DNA of 64,000 nucleotides. Origin: an uncultured virus (IMG/VR IMGVR_UViG_3300043571_000263) (taxonomy: Duplodnaviria; Heunggongvirae; Uroviricota; Caudoviricetes). Below are positions 62,196 through 64,000 of this stretch, piece after piece (positions within the stretch are counted from its first letter, which is position 1; each line of letters starts with the position of its first letter). The stretch lies in IMG/VR virus record IMGVR_UViG_3300043571_000263; one strand, written 5' to 3'. Both the position numbers and the translations under genes were made by a program. Under the pieces are notes generated by a model, which had not been told where the DNA came from, ran no database searches, and saw only the letters and a list, made by a program, of their open reading frames with translations.

Positions 62196-63505
62196 CCAAT
62201 ATCTTGGAATCTTGTGATTGGCTTGTTGAATAGCATCTTGCAGCTATCGGTTGCGCCCTCGCGCTGTTTGGCAACAAGAAACTCTACATACGGTGTTTGT
62301 GTCTGGTTTTCGGGGTCTTCGTCGTCCCTGTGAATCATGATCACAATATCCGCATCTTGCTCGATGGCTCCGCTGCCCTTAAGGTCTGCCATGGTTGGCT
62401 TGCCCTTTCTCTTTTCTGGGTCGCGGTTTAGCTGTGCCAAAATCAGAATTGGCACATTCAGGCTCTTGGCAAGCTCTTTGACGCCATTGCTGATTTCCTC
62501 GACCTCGCACACCCTGTTTTCCTTTCCACGCTTTGAATCGCCGTGAATAAGCTGAAGATAGTCTATAACGATCAAGTCTATTGGCTGTTTTTGGTGCGCC
62601 CTTCTGGAAACGGCCTTGATATACCCCATGCTTTTTCCTGAGCTGTCATCGCACAGTATGTCCGATTCCATGATTTCTTGTGTCGCGTTTGCCAATGCCA
62701 TTTTTTGATCATTGGTTACGGCGCGGGCCAAAAGATGGGCAACAGGAACTTTAGCCCTTGAGCGAATCATTCTTTCCATCAGTGAAACGCTTGTCATCTC
62801 TAAAGAGAATATCAGAACCCTCTTTTTCAGGTCTAACGCCACATGCTCTGCAATCTGCATTGCGGCAGAAGATTTGCCAACGCTTGGGCGAGCCGCCAAT
62901 ACCGCCATGTCTCCGCCGCGCAGCCCGAACGCCAATATTTTGTCCAACTCCCTCATTCCTGTAGATACTCCGCGTCGTGGCTCTCCACGAAGAATGGCCT
63001 CAATATTGGAAACAGCCGCGTCGGCAGCGGACTTGATTGAAAGCTTGTCGCCGTCATCAAGCATAAAGTCCGCCTTCATCACGCTTGTCTCGCTCCAGTT
63101 TTTGAGCTGATCAAGCGTCATTTCCCTGTCTCTAGCCTTGTGTATCATGTCTGACGCCAGAAATTCCAAAGAACGGCGATAGCGGGCGTCTTCGAGCTTG
63201 GGGTAGTATCTTGTCCAGTTTGTGTGGGATGGGCAGAATGTGGCAATTTCGGCGATCTTCTGTTGTCCGCCAACCGAGGCAAGCTGTTGCTGCGCTTCAA
63301 GTTCGTTCATTATCGTAACCCAATCAGCCTGCAAATTTTGGGCAATAAGCCGTAGCGCGGCCCGATAAATCAACTTGTGCTCGTTTAGATAAAAATGGTC
63401 GTCTTTTATCTTTTCCACCATTTCTTTTTGCAGCTCTGTCGGTGCATGGCAAATGCAAGAAAGTGTGGCTGCTTCAGCGGATTGTTCGTAGATGATTTCT
63501 TTCAT
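62192..63505 (-). CDS. dnaB: Replicative DNA helicase DnaB
   Basis: LAARPSVGKS, FSLEM, IDYLQL, LAQLNR, DLKGSGAIEQDAD. Confidence 0.96.
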   Translation of the reverse strand: MKEIIYEQSAEAATLSCICHAPTELQKEMVEKIKDDHFYLNEHKLIYRAALRLIAQNLQADWVTIMNELEAQQQLASVGGQQKIAEIATFCPSHTNWTRYYPKLEDARYRRSLEFLASDMIHKARDREMTLDQLKNWSETSVMKADFMLDDGDKLSIKSAADAAVSNIEAILRGEPRRGVSTGMRELDKILAFGLRGGDMAVLAARPSVGKSSAAMQIAEHVALDLKKRVLIFSLEMTSVSLMERMIRSRAKVPVAHLLARAVTNDQKMALANATQEIMESDILCDDSSGKSMGYIKAVSRRAHQKQPIDLIVIDYLQLIHGDSKRGKENRVCEVEEISNGVKELAKSLNVPILILAQLNRDPEKRKGKPTMADLKGSGAIEQDADIVIMIHRDDEDPENQTQTPYVEFLVAKQREGATDSCKMLFNKPITRFQDIG

Positions 63506-63508
63506 GGG

Positions 63509-64000
63509 TTATTGTCCGTCATTAAGTATTTGAAGTTGTCTGAGTTTTTTGGCGCACCCCTCGACCATGAATTGGCTCATTCCTCCAGCAATGCATGGTA
63601 TGTATTGCTTCGCGTGGGTCTTTCCCCCGCAACGATCAATGCGTCCGACGGCTTGACCCATCTTGACTGGTTGATCTGTTGGAAATATGTAGCTCACTCT
63701 TGGTCTGGTTCCTGTGGTGTCGTGCAAACTGACGCTTGCTCCGCCAGCTCCAATGTTAGACAGCAGGATGTGGATTTCGTTCAATTGAAATTTTTCAATA
63801 AGTTCTTTTCGCTTTTTTGGGGACTGTCCGCCAAAGAATCCGTCTTTTGTTCCGAGGATGCTTCCCGCAAGTTCCCTGCTCTCCGTAAAGGAAAAGAAGG
63901 CGGCTACAGAGTTTCCGTTTTTTACGTCCTCTTGGATTTTTTTGCAGACATGTGGAACGAGGGCCATCTCTGAGGCTTTCCAAGCTTTCATCCTGTTTCC
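63509..64000 (-). CDS. SF2 helicase C-terminal part (truncated by window end)
   Basis: AGGASVSLHD, QAVGRIDR motifs V/VI. Confidence 0.75.
   Translation of the reverse strand, partial: GNRMKAWKASEMALVPHVCKKIQEDVKNGNSVAAFFSFTESRELAGSILGTKDGFFGGQSPKKRKELIEKFQLNEIHILLSNIGAGGASVSLHDTTGTRPRVSYIFPTDQPVKMGQAVGRIDRCGGKTHAKQYIPCIAGGMSQFMVEGCAKKLRQLQILNDGQ

Noticed and set aside
1..64000. Stop-codon reassignment, integrase/prophage boundaries, rRNA
   Set aside because: Genes are full length in the standard code; no integrase, host genes or rRNA recognised

Overview
A 64-kb segment of a tailed dsDNA phage genome with podovirus-like organisation. It encodes TerL, portal, scaffold, major capsid protein and a 2835-aa polyvalent internal virion protein, with no tape measure or sheath gene seen. 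It also carries DnaG, DnaB, a partial SF2 helicase, a PD-(D/E)XK exonuclease, dCMP deaminase, a glycosyltransferase/methyltransferase cluster, a sulfotransferase flanked by two BspA-type LRR proteins, an amidase lysis cassette, an HNH-AP2 endonuclease, tRNA-Arg(UCU) and a block of small early genes (about 8.6-14.2 kb). The most interesting signal is an apparent transcription-control system read from the DNA. (1) An ECF-sigma-like promoter TTGAAC(G/A)-N15-(T/G)GTC(T/A)(A/G) recurs 8 times with invariant spacing before replication/recombination genes and a structured RNA. (2) A separate AAATCCGTATAT element sits 8-10 nt before early-gene start codons. (3) A sigma-factor-like domain appears embedded in the giant virion protein beside two ADP-ribosyltransferase-like domains. 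(4) A candidate ~88-nt sRNA with its own promoter and terminator has a CAU(GU)n seed antisense to the CA-rich leaders and AUG of early genes. Also notable are a RusA-like resolvase split over two nested reading frames, a ~255-nt structured RNA near a possible origin, and a tail-fibre-like protein with a signal peptide. All protein calls come from motif recognition by eye; no database search was run.
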